Assembly: GCA_051294375.1 (NCBI GenBank)
Contig: CM119264.1
Span: forward strand, 913,923-977,922
Length of the DNA stretch: 64,000 bases
Origin: Paraspadella gotoi
Lineage: Eukaryota; Animalia; Chaetognatha
Reading direction: 5' to 3'
Positions 1 to 16,088 of the stretch are shown here, piece after piece. The translations under genes and the position numbers were made by a program. The first letter of the stretch is position 1; each line of letters starts with the position of its first letter. The notes under the pieces were generated by a model. It was not told where the DNA came from and made no database searches. It saw nothing but the letters and a program-made list of their open reading frames with translations.

Positions 1-559
1 TAAAAAAAACAAAACAAAACAACAACAAAAAACAAAGAGACGAATAAGAGTTTATTAAATAAAAAATTAGTAATAGTAAATCCTAAAACTAATGAAGATA
101 TTTGGAAAAACGTTTCGTGATAAGACAGATTAATTCTCCTGAGTTTACTGATAGTCCCAGATCTTTGGATCAGGCTGTATCACCATGTTACAGTCGGGTT
201 AAGCGCCCCGTCCCTCTTAACTGCTTGGCGACCACCGGGCGAGAACCCGGGACCATAGAGTTGCCTCCTGCACCCAATGACCGAAGTGAACGGTTGATTT
301 AAATGAATTCAGTTTTTAGTATTAAGCAAATCGCAGTGGTTTTTACGAGTGCGTTTTTATTATTTATTATTTATTATTTTATTATTTTAAGCAGTGGGAT
401 TTACGAGTGAGTTTTTATTATTTTTTTGCCAATATTTAGATTCTTGTGGACGAATAATTTTTCAAGGCACTCTGGAGTGATTGTAAGTAGTAACAGAAAA
501 AGTCAGAGAGAAAGTGAGTGAGAGAGAAAGAGGGAGAGAGAGAGAGAGAGAGAGTGGGA

Positions 560-730
560 AGCTCAGTGGGCTGAAGACTACTATCCGTAACCACGACCCC
601 AAGGCGGTTTTCGTCCTCACGCTGCCCGCACGGTAGGTACCGAGTTGGGATTGAACCCGGTACCTAATGGTCTTGAGCAACCGGGTCACAACCGAAAGTG
701 TCCTACTTATAGGCGGGGTCAACTTGGGCA
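560..730 (-). mobile_element. Possible tRNA-derived SINE remnant
   Basis: Minus strand ggtaccgggttcaatcccaactcggtacc contains a B-box-like GGTTCAATCC within a GC-rich island. A weaker similar motif lies at ~240-254. Confidence 0.35.
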
Positions 731-2627
731 ATGCCCGACTACAATCATTATCTCCAGTGCATGTGATGTCTCTTCAACAACTGATTCAGTTTATGTTTTG
801 GCAAAAGTCTCACTTAACGGACCCTAACGGACCATAACGGACCCTAACCTTATTTACTAACTTATTCTCTTTATTTATCTCCTTAACCTAATCTTTAAAC
901 TTATGAACCTGAGTTAAATTGAATTGAAGTTAAAATGGCGGCACTTTTGGAAAATAAGGCCAAAAAGTCGCCAAAATTATGGCAGTAAAAAAGAGGACAA
1001 TTGGCAAAAGAAGAAAGAAGGACAATCGGATAGGAAGAAAGGAAAAAGGAAAAAAAGGGGAAAAAAGGAAAGCGATTGAGACTTGAAAAATGGTGAAGAG
1101 AATCCCATAAAAATGGAGGAAAGAATCTAAGAGAATTCAGAGAATGTGTAGATGAGAATTGAAAAGATAAGAAAAGAAAAAAAAATAGAAAAGAAAATTG
1201 AAGAATAGAAAAGAGAAAAAAGAGAAGAATAAAAAATAAAATGAAAAAAAAAGAAAAGAAAAGAAAAGAAAAGGAAAGAGAAGAATAGCAAATAAAAGAA
1301 AAAAAAGAAAAAAAATGAAAAGAAAGAAATGAAAAAAAGTGAAGATAAGAAAAGAGAAGAATAAAAAAAAGATAAGAAAAAAGAAAAGTATAGTAAATTT
1401 AAGAAAAGAAAAGAAAAGAAAAGAAAAGAAAAGAAAAGGAAAGAAAAAAAAGTAAGAAAGAAAGTAAGAAAGAAAAGAAAAGAAAAGAAAGAATGTAAAG
1501 TAAAGTAAAGTAAAGAAAAGAAAAGAAAAGAAAAGAAAAGAAAAGAAAAGAAAGTCTAAAAAGCGTCATATTAAAAAAAAATTCTGAAAGAGCAAGCTAG
1601 GACAAAATCACAAAAATACAATTTAGAAAACTGCTTATAACTATTACTAGTATCAACCTAGAAAAAAACAACTTTAGAGTAAGTTTTTTTTCTTTAAATT
1701 AAGAAAAAAAAAAGAAAAGAAAATAAAAAGGACAAGAAAAAAAAACAAAAAAAAAAGAAAAAAGAAAGACAAAAAGAAAAAAAAAAAAATAAAAAGAAAA
1801 GAATTAAAAAAGAATAGAAAAAAAAAGAAAAAAAAAGAAAAGAAAAGAAAAAAGAAAAGAAAATAAAAAAGAAAATAAAAAAGAAAAGAAAATAAAAAGA
1901 AAAAAAAAGAAAAAAGAAAAAAAAGAAGGAAAAAAAATAAAAAAGAAAAGAAAATAAAAAAGATAGTTCACCTTTTTCCATTCATCACATCTTTCAGTCG
2001 ACGCGGTCATCTTTTTAGAGAGAAAAAAATGGCACCAAAAATGGCAAATCTATAGAATGAAAAAAAATTATGTTATGAATATCGAAGAAGGTTTTTTTTT
2101 TTCGGGGGTGACACGAATTTCGGCCTTGGGGAAAAAAATGGGATTTTCTGCGAAAAGTCAGATGACAGACCCAATGATCGAATTTTTTTGAAAAATTGCA
2201 GACGGTGTTAATTGCTGATAGAGTACATCAGATGAAGGATTGTAGTTTGAGACAGATCACGATTTAACGACTTCTGATTTGGTTGGCAAAATTTAGACAA
2301 AAATATGTTGAAAATTACGAAACAAAAACAAATGTGGTATTTCTCTGAGCAAATTTGGTTTGAGGCAGTTTTTTGAAAATGGAATTAAAAAAAAAAAGCG
2401 AGGGAAATATTATTCTTTGAAAACAATGAAATGACTGACGCAAAAAAAAGAATTAAATTTGAAAAAGAAAAAATATAAAAGAAAAAAGAAAAAAGAAAAA
2501 GTAAAAGAAGTAAAATGAGGAGAAAGTGTTTCCATTTTGACGGAAAAGATTCTTTCAGCTTAAAACGAAAATAATCCGCTTCTGATTCAGAAAGTTTTTT
2601 TTAGTCGTTCAGACTCACTTACTTTTT

Positions 2628-2727
<100 letters not shown>

Positions 2728-3483
2728 TCGCTTTCTTTCACAGAAAAAACCGATTGTTTTAGGCTGCAGACGGAAATCACAAGCCAAAAAGTTAAGTCGC
2801 TTTAAATGAAAAAACCAAAGAGTCGGAACTGTCTTCAATAAAAAAATATGGTATATATTATAAACTCTTTCACAGTCTTTAATAAAAAAAAATATTATAC
2901 CTAAAATAACGATTATCCTGTTAGTAAATGTCGCTTTTCGGTCGGTCTGTCTGACTTGTTTTAAATAATTATTGGCGGAATAGTAAGGTATTCATACTAG
3001 TCACGTGACCACGAAGAACTACGGTCACTTGATCAACGAAGTCAATGAAAACAATTTCGGGTAATATTTGGTTGTTTTAGTTTAAACGTTGATAATTGAT
3101 CGACAATCGAACGTTTGTTAGTTTTATCTTTCTCAGTCGTGTAGTTTGTTAGTTTTCTCTTTCTAAGTCGTGTAGTTTGTTAGTTTTCTCTTTCTAAGTC
3201 GTGTAGTCAGGTAGTGAAGACGGAAGCCCAGTTTATGCCTACAATTGCAAAAACGTAAATAATTTTACCCGCATAAAATTCCATAAATTAATTTTTATTT
3301 AATATTTAACTTGAATATATTTTTAAAGTTAAAAAAAAAACGATCCCGAATCCAATCTTTAACCCAATCTTAACCCTAACTCCATCCTGAAACATTAAAC
3401 CCAAACCCTTTTCCCTAATATTTACCCCTGACCTCAATGCCTTAATGCCTCAATGCCTCAATGCCTTAACACAAACCCCCTAA

Positions 3484-3909
<426 letters not shown>

Positions 3910-4251
3910 TAAGGGGGTTGATGTTGTGATAGGGGGGTGATGTAGAGACGGGGTTGAAAAAGTGAAAGATGTGGTGATGGGATTAGAAAATTGGATGATG
4001 TAGTTGATCGTATGATGTTGTTATTGATTTTAAAAGAGAATGATGTAGTTATTGATTGTGAACTAGAATGAAATAGTGTTTGGTTGGAAAAGGTGGTGAT
4101 GTAGTGATGGGTAGAATCGGATATATGGGGTGATTAGTGGGAGATAAAAATAAACACTTTTCTCAGAGAAACAGTTAGGTTCAAAAGACTACAACCACCA
4201 ACAAACAACTATCCTATCTTTAAGTTCATCTCTCACTCTCTCTCTTTCTCT

Positions 4252-4331
<80 letters not shown>

Positions 4332-4419
4332 TCTCTCTAGACTTTTTATGGGTCAATATGAAGATGGTCGCGTTCGACGGAAAGCACCACCGACTTTTCT
4401 TCCTTTGCCTTCATTTTCC

Positions 4420-4810
4420 CGACCTGAGTGCCATCATTTTACCTTTTTTATCTTTTTTGCCATCATTTTTTATCTTATTCTTTCTCAATGCCATCTTTTT
4501 TTTCTTTTTCTTTTCCTTTTTACATTATTTCTTGATGCCATCATTTTTTCCTTTATTCTTTCTCAATGCTATCATTTTTTTCCTTTTATTCTTTTTCAAA
4601 TGCCACTATTTTTTCTCTTTCATTCTTTCTCAATACCATCATTTTTTTCCTGTTATTCTTTCTCACATGCCACTTTTTTCTCTTCTATTATTTCTCAATA
4701 TCATCATTTTTTTCTTTTCATTGTTTCTCAAATTCCACTATTTTTTTCTTTTCTATTCTTTCTCAATGCCATTATTTTTTCCCTTCTATTCCTTCTCAAT
4801 GCCATCATTT
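4420..4810 (+). repeat. Degenerate ~33-bp intronic minisatellite
   Basis: Recurrent ttattctttctcaatgccatcatttttt unit. Confidence 0.8.
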
Positions 4811-5033
4811 ATATTTCAAGATGGCGTCAGCGACAATTCTGGCCTCGAAAAAGAATAGAGGGGAAATCGAGTTTAAAGGCGGCGGGTTCGTTGGGGAGGG
4901 GAACGGGGAAAGGGGGGGGGGCGGCACAAAGGATTGGGTGAAGACAAGAACGAGATAAAAAGGTAAAGAGGTGAGATTCGGGTAGAATATGAATAATTAA
5001 ATGGAATAAAGGTCAGGAATCGGCTCAGCGTGC

Positions 5034-5404
5034 GGAGCCCTTTTTTTTTCAGAAAAAAGCCACATTTTAACTTTAAATTTAGATTTTAGTTCATGATTTT
5101 TTTTTCTTTAAAAATTGGGTTAAGGGTTTAGGATAAGATATAAGTAAGAGATAACGGTTAAGGATTAAGTTAGGTATTTGAATATAGTTTTGGTTAGGAT
5201 GATCTGAGGGTTAATAATTTGAGTTTAAGGTGAAGAAATAAGGTTAGACATTAAGGAATAAAGTTATTCGTGTTAAAGATTGTTAAAGATTAGGTTCAAG
5301 TTAAGGTTAAGATTGGGGATTGGATTAAATTTTGGAATACGAATACAGGAATAAGAGCATTTAAGATTAGGAATATAAATGGAGCGCTTTCCGAAAATAG
5401 TGCC
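5034..5404. mobile_element. Copy of the TIR/TTAGGG-like element in an ARHGAP39 intron
   Basis: Degenerate left TIR at 5034-5067, right TIR aaatggagcgctttccgaaaatagtgcc at 5377-5404, interior rich in ggttaagg/ttagg. Confidence 0.55.
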
Positions 5405-5701
5405 AATGTGCGAATATGTATAGAAAAATGATGATGATTGTATACAAAGAAGATATGAAAAGGAATGTACAATTTATTATTAACAATTTTTGTAAATGTA
5501 ATAAATGAAAGCTGAAAAAAGGAAGTGAGGAGGAGGAGGAGGAGGAGGAGGAGGAGGAGGAAGAACAGAGTGTGCGTGGGATTTGGGTGAGGCGTGATTG
5601 AAAGGGTGAGGCTCCGCGGGGAGCTTGGGTTAAGAAGGTGAGAAAGAGAGAGAGAAGAAGAGAGGAGAGGGGAGAGAGATGAGTGAGACAGACCGAGAGA
5701 A

Positions 5702-5759
<58 letters not shown>

Positions 5760-6079
5760 AATTCGTCGTCGTCTTCCGTCGCACCTTGGTGATCTCTCAC
5801 GTTTTGAGAGAGAGAGAGACAGAGAGGGAGAGAGAGGGAGGGAGAGAGAAGAGAGAAGGAAGATAGGGAGAGAGAGAGAGAGAGAGATAGAGAGAGTATG
5901 AAAGTTTGATGCGATATTCTCCAATATAGTTTCACGAATTTTTATGGAGATAAAACTGTCATAATCATATCAAGAATTATCATTATCAAAACATTCATAA
6001 ATATAATATTATAATATCATTAAACCTTTATCACAGAATGCTATCACCATTAATTTGATTGATTTAATCCCTATCACAG

Positions 6080-6202
6080 AATACCCGGTGACATTGAGGC
6101 TGTGAACGAGATGAGAAAACATCTGAATCACTGGGAGACACCCGACCCGCTTTTCACGGCAGATCCTTTGGTACCGGCCTCACTGTTGAAACTGTGGTAC
6201 AG
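6080..6202 (+). CDS. ARHGAP39: ARHGAP39-like coding exon (completes arginine-finger codon)
   Basis: cacag|A then IPGDIEAVNEMRKHLNHWETPDPLFTADPLVPASLLKLWY(R). Donor AG|gtgaga. 123 bp, phases consistent. Confidence 0.94.
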
Positions 6203-6592
6203 GTGAGAAAAAGATGTGAAGATGATGAAGGAAAGGAAAGAAAGGAAGAGAAGGAAAGAATAAAAAGGAAGGAAAGGAAAAGAGGGAGAGAAAGGAAAGG
6301 AAAGAAAGTAAAAAAGGAGAGAAGGAAAGAAAGGAAAGGAAGGAAAGAGGGATAAAAAGGAAAGGAAAGAAAGTAAAAAAGGAGAGAAGGAAAGAAAGGA
6401 AAGGAAGGAACGAAAGGAACGGAAAGAAGGAAAGGAAAGGAAGGAAGAAGGAAAGAAAGATGTAAAGATAGAAAGTAAGGAGAAAAAGAAAGTTAGAAAG
6501 GATGAAAACAGAAAAGAAAAAAAGAAAGAAGAAAGGGAAAAAATAAAAGAAAATGGTATTAGTAAAAATTTAAAAACAACAAAGAAATTTGA

Positions 6593-6925
<333 letters not shown>

Positions 6926-7216
6926 TAATTCAAAGCATAAGCAATTAGAAAAACAGTTTTTTTGTTTTTTCCATTTAAACTCATTTCCACTCAGACGTTT
7001 CCATCGAACCTTTATTTCTAGCTTAATCACACACTTTCCTACCCACATACAAAATTTCAAGTCTCTCCCCCCATCCACTGATTGGTAATAGGCGTTCAAA
7101 TAGTGAAATAGATTTTTTTGTTTTTTCCATTTAAACTCAGCTCAATCACACAGTTTCTTACCCACACACAAAAATTTCACACCAATCCTACCATCCAATC
7201 ACGAGTAATTGGAGTT

Positions 7217-7479
<263 letters not shown>

Positions 7480-7780
7480 TGAGAATTTTACCTGAGTCGC
7501 ATGGTTTCAAAGTAGCTCAGTTTTAAGTAATATATAAAATAATGATAGTTATAATACGGATTACTATTTAATTTCTTTGAAATTAATTAAAGTTTCTTCT
7601 TCCTCGTGGAGATAAGTATGATGCTTTATAGAATACTTTATAATGTACTTTTTACTTTAGAGCTCATTTTAATATTTTACAGAAACTAAATAAGACCGAT
7701 TCAACTTGAAGATATTTAAAACACATTTTAGCAATAAGCAACAAGCCCACAGTTTTAATACTATTGCAACATTCTTTAAA

Positions 7781-8288
<508 letters not shown>

Positions 8289-8436
8289 GGACATGGAAAA
8301 CATGGAAAACATGGAAGAGGACGTATTCAAATACGAAGACATGAAAGGGGACATTTTGAAATATGATGATATGGAAAGTGACTAAAAATATACAAAGGGG
8401 ACGGGAGAAATTAAGACAGTAAAAGTCATAATTCGT

Positions 8437-8469
<33 letters not shown>

Positions 8470-10224
8470 GGAGACAATCCTTTTTTTTTATCCTCCTCCT
8501 CCTCCTCTTTCTCCTCCTTCTCCTCCTCCTCCTCATTGCCCCTTTCTCATAAGGAGTTACGAAAACGCGTTATTTAGACGACAAAACCTTTATTCGTAAC
8601 AGTTTTGACTTTCTAAGCTTTTTAACGATCGATGGAATGATATTGAAAAAAATGTATTATGGTACGGAAAAAAGTTATAAATGTTAATCATTTAATTTTA
8701 ACTAAATTGTTTTGGAAAAATCTTGATTAATTACCGAAAATTTATAGGAAAACGAAGGGGGTAATATATAACAACAACAACAACAACAACGACGACGACG
8801 ACGACGACGACGACGAGCACGACGAACAAGTAAACGTTTTTCGATGACCAGAAAATCATTTCGTCATTCAGTTCACTCGTTTATCGACTAATTTGTTTCG
8901 GATCAAAACCTGAAGACAGAGAGAGAGAGAAGAGAGAGAAGAGAGAGAGAGACGAGAGAGAGAAGAGAGAGAGAGAGGAAGGAGAGAGAGAGAGGAGAGA
9001 GAAGAAGAGAGGAGAATAAATTGTGTAGTGCTAGAAAATTTGATGTTTAACTTTTTTTAACGAGTTTAAGCAAAAGATGAAAAAAAAAGAAAAATTATGG
9101 GGACTCACGATTCCAATCAGGAAATAATTTAAATCGGTTTTTTTCATTTTCTTTTTCTCTTCTCTATTCTTCTCTTCTCGTATACTATCTTTTCCTCTCT
9201 TCTCTTTTCTTCTCTTTTCTTCTCTTTTCTTCTCTTCTTTTTTCTTCTCTTCTCTTTTATTTTCTCTTTCTTATATTTCTTTTTATTTTTCTTTCTCCTT
9301 TTCTCCATTTTTTTCCTACTTTTCCTTCTATTACTTTTCTTTTTCCTCCTTTCTTTCCTCCTTTTCTTTCTTCATTTTTTTACCTCCTTTTCTTTTTTTT
9401 CTATTTTTTCTTCCTTTTCTTCCCTTTTTTACTCCTTTTTTTACCTCCTTTTTTCTATTTTTTTCTTTTTCCTCTTTTTCTTACCTCTTTTTCTTTCCTC
9501 TTTTTCTTTCCTCNNNNNNNNNNTTTTTTACTCCTTTTTTTACCTCCCTTTTTCTATTTTTTCTTTTTCCTTTTTTTCTTTCCTCTTTTCCTTTTCTCTT
9601 TTTCTTTCCTCTTTTTCTTCCCTCCTTTTCTTTCCCCTTTTTTTTCTATTTCTTTCCTCTTTATATTTTCTCTTTTTCTTTCATCCTCTTCTTTTCTTCT
9701 TTTCTTTCCCACTATTTATTTCTTTTTCCTCTTTTTTTCATCCTTTTTTTTCCTTTTCTTTCCTTTATAACTCTTTTCTTTTTCCTCCTTTTCTTTCCTC
9801 CTTTTCTTTCCTTTCTATTTTTTCTTTTTCCTCCTTTTCTTTCCTCCTTTTCTTTTCTCTTTCTTTCCTTTCTATTTCTTTTATTGTTCCTCCCTTTCTT
9901 TAGTCCTTTTCTTTCCTTCTTTTCTTTTCTCATTTCCTAACAGCTTTTTGTTAAAATATTTTTCTTCCATAAAACCGAAAGGAAATTAAGTTACAAAGTT
10001 TTAAAGTATTTTAGTAGTACTTTTTTCTTTTATTTTTTTTTAATTTTCAATAAGAAGAAAGGTAAAAAAAGAAAAAAGAAATGACAATAATTTAAGAATA
10101 AAAAAGATGGCGTCTTGCAACTGCCTCTTTTTTTATTCCGCGTCATAACACACGTTACGAGAATTAATGCTTCAAACAAAACTTCTCATTATGAGGTTGA
10201 ATCTGCGGCAGAAACGAGAAGAGT

Positions 10225-10279
<55 letters not shown>

Positions 10280-10786
10280 AATTGAAAAATCGCTGAAGGA
10301 CAAAGCGAAAGAAGGGAAGGCCTATAATTTATACTATTAATACTGGAAAAAACTGTAAGTTAAGAAAAAAGGGTTCTGTTTTTCACATCTTTGTTTTTTT
10401 GCAAAGTTAATTTAATTTTCGTCATGTTTTAATTTTCTATTAAAAACTTATTCACTCATTGTACTTTTCATTAAATAAGTTAAACTGTCATCCGGTTGGT
10501 CCTTTTTTATGTCATGAAATTAATTTTTGATTATAAAACAAGTGATTGAAATAAAAGAAACAAATAAATAAATAATGATAAAATAATAATAATAAAATAA
10601 ATAAAACAAATAAAAAATCAAAATTTTGTAAAAAAATGTATTTTATTTAAAAAAAATACATGGGAATCCGACATTTCAATGAAGGCCAATTTGTATTTCA
10701 CTGATTTTCCCCTCATAATTATTCGTGACGGCTTAGCAAGAATTGTACTGCCCCTTTCGTAATGGATGCGTCATCGTAACATAATA

Positions 10787-10983
10787 TGGGAAGCCAGGAA
10801 CTCTGTGAGTGAATAAACGAGACTGTGAGAGAGTCTTGAATGAACGCTTGCAGGGACCTGCCATGTCATTATCTAGTAAGAGTAATGGAGGCCTTAAACC
10901 ACCAAAGCCTGTCCAAAGTTTGGAGACAATATAGATTATTTAATAAATAAATGGATAATTTTTATATTGATGGTACGAATTTT
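10787..10983 (+). mobile_element. Half copy of the palindromic MITE family
   Basis: gggaagccaggaactctg...gactgtgagagagtcttgaatgaacgcttgcagggacctgccatgtcattatc...ggccttaaaccaccaaag aligns by eye with ~7996-8174. Confidence 0.75.
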
Positions 10984-11499
10984 AAAGAAAAACTACCAGA
11001 ACCCAATTGACTTTTAAATCATTAATAATAGAAGATAAACTGACCGACCAAAAAAGTATCGTTGCCGACGAGGATTTATTGCATCGAAAACGCAATTTTG
11101 GTAGTAATTAACTAATTTCTTTTTAACATTTTTATTTAAACACGGCTATCGATGTTGTTATGAAAAAAAAATAACAAAAAAAAAACAAAAAAAAACCAAA
11201 CAAAACAAAATAGCAACGGATTCGTTGTTTCACTCGGAAGAAAACAAAAATCACTTTTGATTGTCAATTTAGATTTGATTAACAAAATTCTATCCTTGAG
11301 ATATGAAACTTGTCGAGTCTACAATAAAAATTACCTTTGTAATAAAAATTATTTGTATTATGATTCAATTTGTCTTTTCTTTTCTTTTAATTTAAAAAAT
11401 AACAAAAAGTGAGAGAAAAAGTTAACGAGTCAGAAACACAAAACATTTGACATTAAGTTATTTTTGAGTTGTAGTCGGGCATTGCATAAATTACGCAAA

Positions 11500-11579
<80 letters not shown>

Positions 11580-11744
11580 ATTACGCGGGCCATATCCTCG
11601 CAGTTGAAACTGTTAAACTTCGCGCAGTTTCGGGGAAGCTAACTATAAGTTCACCGCAACTACCGCCTGCGGCGTCTTCGCGGGGGTATCATTCCAGGCA
11701 AATCCCCGCCCCAATTCATGACGGGGACGAGAATGGCCCACTCT

Positions 11745-11776
<32 letters not shown>

Positions 11777-11949
11777 ACAAACGTTCCTTTTTTGGGCTTC
11801 AAAGTATACTGAATTTTTTGCCTTCTTTTAATATATTTTTAATCACTACAGAATATAATGACAGAAAAAGTAAGAAAAAAAGAAGGAAAAAAGAAAGAGA
11901 AAAAATATAGGAAAAAAAGAAAAAGAAAAAAAAAGAAAGAAAAAAGATA

Positions 11950-12650
11950 TTGAACTGCTATACGGGACAGTTTCAACTGCGCCCTCTTTCTGTTCACGAA
12001 AGACAATATAGATATTTGTAAGTTTAAAAAAGTGTGTTATTTAGCTGATATACAGCTTGATGGAATAGATGCTGATAAGACTTGAATATAAAAATCAAAA
12101 CAACAACCAACAAATGTCTTTTTCCAATTCAAAAAACAAAGATGCTGAGAGAGAGAGAGAGAGAGAGAGAAACAGGGAGAGACAAATAATACATTATGTA
12201 ATGTACAAAAAGAATAAGTTTAAACTAATGGTGAATTTAACAATTATTTAATAATAAATAAATAGTAATGAAAGAAAGAAGTTTTTAAATGATAAATGAG
12301 AATTTTTATGAGGATAGATAATGACTTTAAAGTGAAAAATTAGAATTAAATAGAATGAATCTAAATGCAAATAAATTATTTATTTTTAAATTAAGATTGT
12401 TAGGTTTCTTATGTTTCAGTTAAAATATTTTTATAACAAGACTGCCCATGATGATGATTCACGCGGGACAGGCTTCAACCGCAATCCCCATCAAAAATAG
12501 TGCGGGATTCTCCGCCTGTGGATAAGCAGAAGCTTCAAACAGTAATCCCCGTAAAAATAGTGGTAGGGTCTCCCAAAACAGAGGGAAAAAAGACAGTTTT
12601 CGTGAACAGAAAGAGGGCGCAGTTGAAACTGTCCCGTATAGCCAGTTCAA
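11950..12650. repeat. Near-perfect ~52-bp inverted repeat pair about 600 bp apart
   Basis: 11950-12001 is the reverse complement of 12598-12650 apart from a one-base indel. Confidence 0.8.
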
Positions 12651-12678
12651 ACTGCGCCTTATGGACGGCGTCATACTT

Positions 12679-12740
<62 letters not shown>

Positions 12741-13949
12741 TCTCTCTCTCTCTCTCGAACTAAAAAAAAAAAAAAAACCACACCGACACAAGCTGTCTAA
12801 CAGCCTTTCTTTACCATGCCTGACGTGATGCCTACCTACCTTGCCATTAAATGTGTCAGTATAATCAATTTGTCTTTTTCTACTTACTCCATCTCTCTCA
12901 TCTGCATTCTTCTTTTTCCTCCTCCTCCTCTTCTTCCTTCTCCTCCTTTCCCACTTTACACATGCCAAGCTAAAAAAAAATATTAAATTATGACTCAGAA
13001 ATTGTATTCAATTGTCCCACAATATTCGATCCTAACTACAATTTTTCGACGTTTGTGAAAAAAAAAATTGAAAAGTTTTCAACTCGTTAAAATGAATAAG
13101 AGTCTTGGACCATGACTCATCCGTTATTACGAGATCCGTTATTACGAGATCCGTTATTACGAGATCGTTTAAAAAAGACAAAAAGATAGAAATTTTCGCG
13201 AAAACCTAATTAGGTCTGATTTTTAATCATTTATAAGTTTTTAAGTTGTCGGGGATTTTTATTAAATAAAATGTCTAAACTAATGGGGGGGAAATATTTA
13301 TCGGTTAGATTTGGTTCCGTGTTAAATGTTTTTTTTTAAAGCCGGAGCTATTTANNNNNNNNNNNNNNNNNNNNNNNNNNNNNNNNNNNNNNNNNNNNNN
13401 NNNNNNNNNNNNNNNNNNNNNNNNNNNNNNNNNNNNNNNNNNNNNNNNNNNNNNNNNNNNNNNNNNNNNNNNNNNNNNNNNNNNNNNNNNNNNNNNNNNN
13501 NNNNNNNNNNNNNNNNNNNNNNNNNNNNNNNNNNNNNNNNNNNNNNNNNNNNNNNNNNNNNNNNNNNNNNNNNNNNNNNNNNNNNNNNNNNNNNNNNNNN
13601 NNNNNNNNNNNNNNNNNNNNNNNNNNNNNNNNNNNNNNNNNNNNNNNNNNNNNNNNNNNNNNNNNNNNNNNNNNNNNNNNNNNNNNNNNNNNNNNNNNNN
13701 NNNNNNNNNNNNNNNNNNNNNNNNNNNNNNNNNNNNNNNNNNNNNNNNNNNNNNNNNNNNNNNNNNNNNNNNNNNNNNNNNCAATTCTGTTTTTAAAAGA
13801 CGGCTAATTGAGGTGATAAAGTCGAAAGATTTTAGGATCGTAATTCGGCATAGTTTTATATATCATAATCATTATGACCATCATCATCACCATCATCATC
13901 ATCATTATCATCATCATCATCATCATCATCATTATCATCATCTCTATCA

Positions 13950-16088
13950 CGACTTCACTCTTCCCCGCCTCCCGTTGTGAGAGTCACCGTCGTCTCTTCG
14001 GTTTTTCACTTCACTTTTCACTTCACAGATTTACTCCTTCTTCTTCTCGCCGTCGATTCAGTGAAATTCACAAGCAACAACAACAACAACGACAAAAACA
14101 GCCGGTGAAATTCACAACGACAAAGACATAATAATTATCTATCAACTTCTTTTATTTAAGTATCGACGAAATTTTGAAAAAAAAAGAAAGAAAAAAAATA
14201 AATTAAGTCAATTTTCACGCTATCGTCAAATATTTAAACATTTAATCCGATTTTTAAAATCCATAAACATCAAAAGAAAAATATTTTAAACATTAATATC
14301 TTTTTTTTATTTTCGAACGTTATACAAAAATTCAAAACTCGAAAAAAAAGTTTTAAATAATCAAAAATTCGTGGATAAAGAAAAAAAAACAAGTTGCAAG
14401 TGAAGAATATTTTAGGTAATGTACTAAAATTATAAACCTATTTTCAAACTATTTTTACAAGTACATACAATAGGGAAAAACTACATTCAATAATGAAAAA
14501 AAAACGGTAATTTTTTCCATAGCGCCTCATTTCTGTTCCTTTCACCCATAATTTAAATTTAACCTTGCACACAAGGTCCCGAACTTCGGATCGGGCTGTA
14601 GTCCGTCACCCTACCCTTCGTCAAGAATAACCCACTTTGGGGTTGTGGAAAACCTTTAAGCCTGGTTCCAAACCCATGACCCATTTCATGGCTGCGAGAG
14701 GGGTTGAAAAAGTTGCTGAGAGTACTATTCAGGCTACTTAGCGCCTTATCTACAAATGTTTAATATTTTTATTTAATATATAAAACCTCTTTCCCTAAAC
14801 CTGAAAAAAATAAAAAAACTTACTTAATTTTGAATTTAAGCCAAAATGGGGTACTTTTGGAAAAGATGGCTCAATTTTGAAATAGGGCATTTTTGGAAAA
14901 TATGGCTAATTTTTGAATTTAAGTCGAAATGAGGCACTTTTGGAAAAGATTGGTCAATTTTGAATCCAGACAGTCAACATCTTTTTTTATCTTTCAGCAA
15001 CGGAACGTAAACCGAAGAAGAAAACAAAAGGGAAAACAAAACAATTGACAAATAAATTGATAAAACAGTCAGAACAAACATTTGACAAAACAATCAGATC
15101 AATTGACGACTAAATTGATAAAACAATCAAAACAATCGACTAATAAATTGACAAAACAATCAGAACAACCAACGAATAAATTAATAAAAGAATCAAAACA
15201 ATTGACAAAAAAAGTGATAAAACAATCAAATTCAAAACAATCGACTAATAAATTGGCAAAACAATCAGAACAACCAACGAATAAATTAATAAAAGAATCA
15301 AAACAATTGACAAAAAAAGTGATAAAACAATCAAATTCACAACAATCGACTAATAAATTAGAAAAACAATCAGAACAATCTACTAATAAATTTTAAAAAA
15401 CAATCAGAACAACCAACGAATAAATTAATAAAAGAATCAAAACAATTGACAAAAAAAGTGATAAAACAATCAAATTCAAAACAATCGACTAATAATTTTT
15501 TTTTAAAAATCAGAACAACCAACGAAAAAATTAATAAAAGAATCAAAACAATTGACAAAAAAAGTGATAAAACAATCAAATTCAAAACAATCGACTAATA
15601 AATTGGCAAAACAATCAGAACAATCGTTAAACCAACCGAGAGCAACAACAGCGACGACAACGACAACAAAAACAGCGACGACAACGACAACAACAACCCC
15701 AGCAATTACGTTAAAGTCAAACACCATCGATTTTTTGTCGGATTATTGCATAAATTTTCGTCTCATTTAACGAATTTGATGCAAAAACAAAAAAAAACGA
15801 ATTTTTTTTCGCTAAATCAACTTTTTTTTCCTCATCTTTTTTTTCGTCAAATTTTGAATTAGAATTTTGAATTAAGATTTTGAATTCAGATTTTGAACTA
15901 AGATTTTGAATTCAGATTGACAACGACTAAAAAAATTGTAAAACAGAAAAAACAAAGGAAACCAAAAAAAATTTACAAGTAACCCTATACACAAATTAAA
16001 ATTAAATTAGATTAAATTCGAGTTAAAACAAAGGGTAAAATAAAAAAAAATTAATAACAAAAAAAAAGGAAGAAAGAGCAGAATAGAG
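13950..16088 (+). other. Putative 5' UTR region of the kinesin gene (possible UTR intron 14416-14997)
   Basis: Candidate donor TAG|gtaatg at 14416 and acceptor ttttatctttcag at 14997 upstream of the ATG. No transcript evidence; start is approximate. Confidence 0.35.
15050..15625 (+). repeat. 105-bp higher-order tandem repeat built from ~33-bp subunits
   Basis: cagaacaaccaacgaataaattaataaaagaatc recurs at 15161, 15266, ~15405 and ~15511. Confidence 0.85.

Noticed and set aside
4341-4400. Extra ARHGAP39 exon after the (CT)n-AG at 4340
   Set aside because: The flanking exons already join in frame without a homology gap (GIFR-IPG), and no donor site follows.
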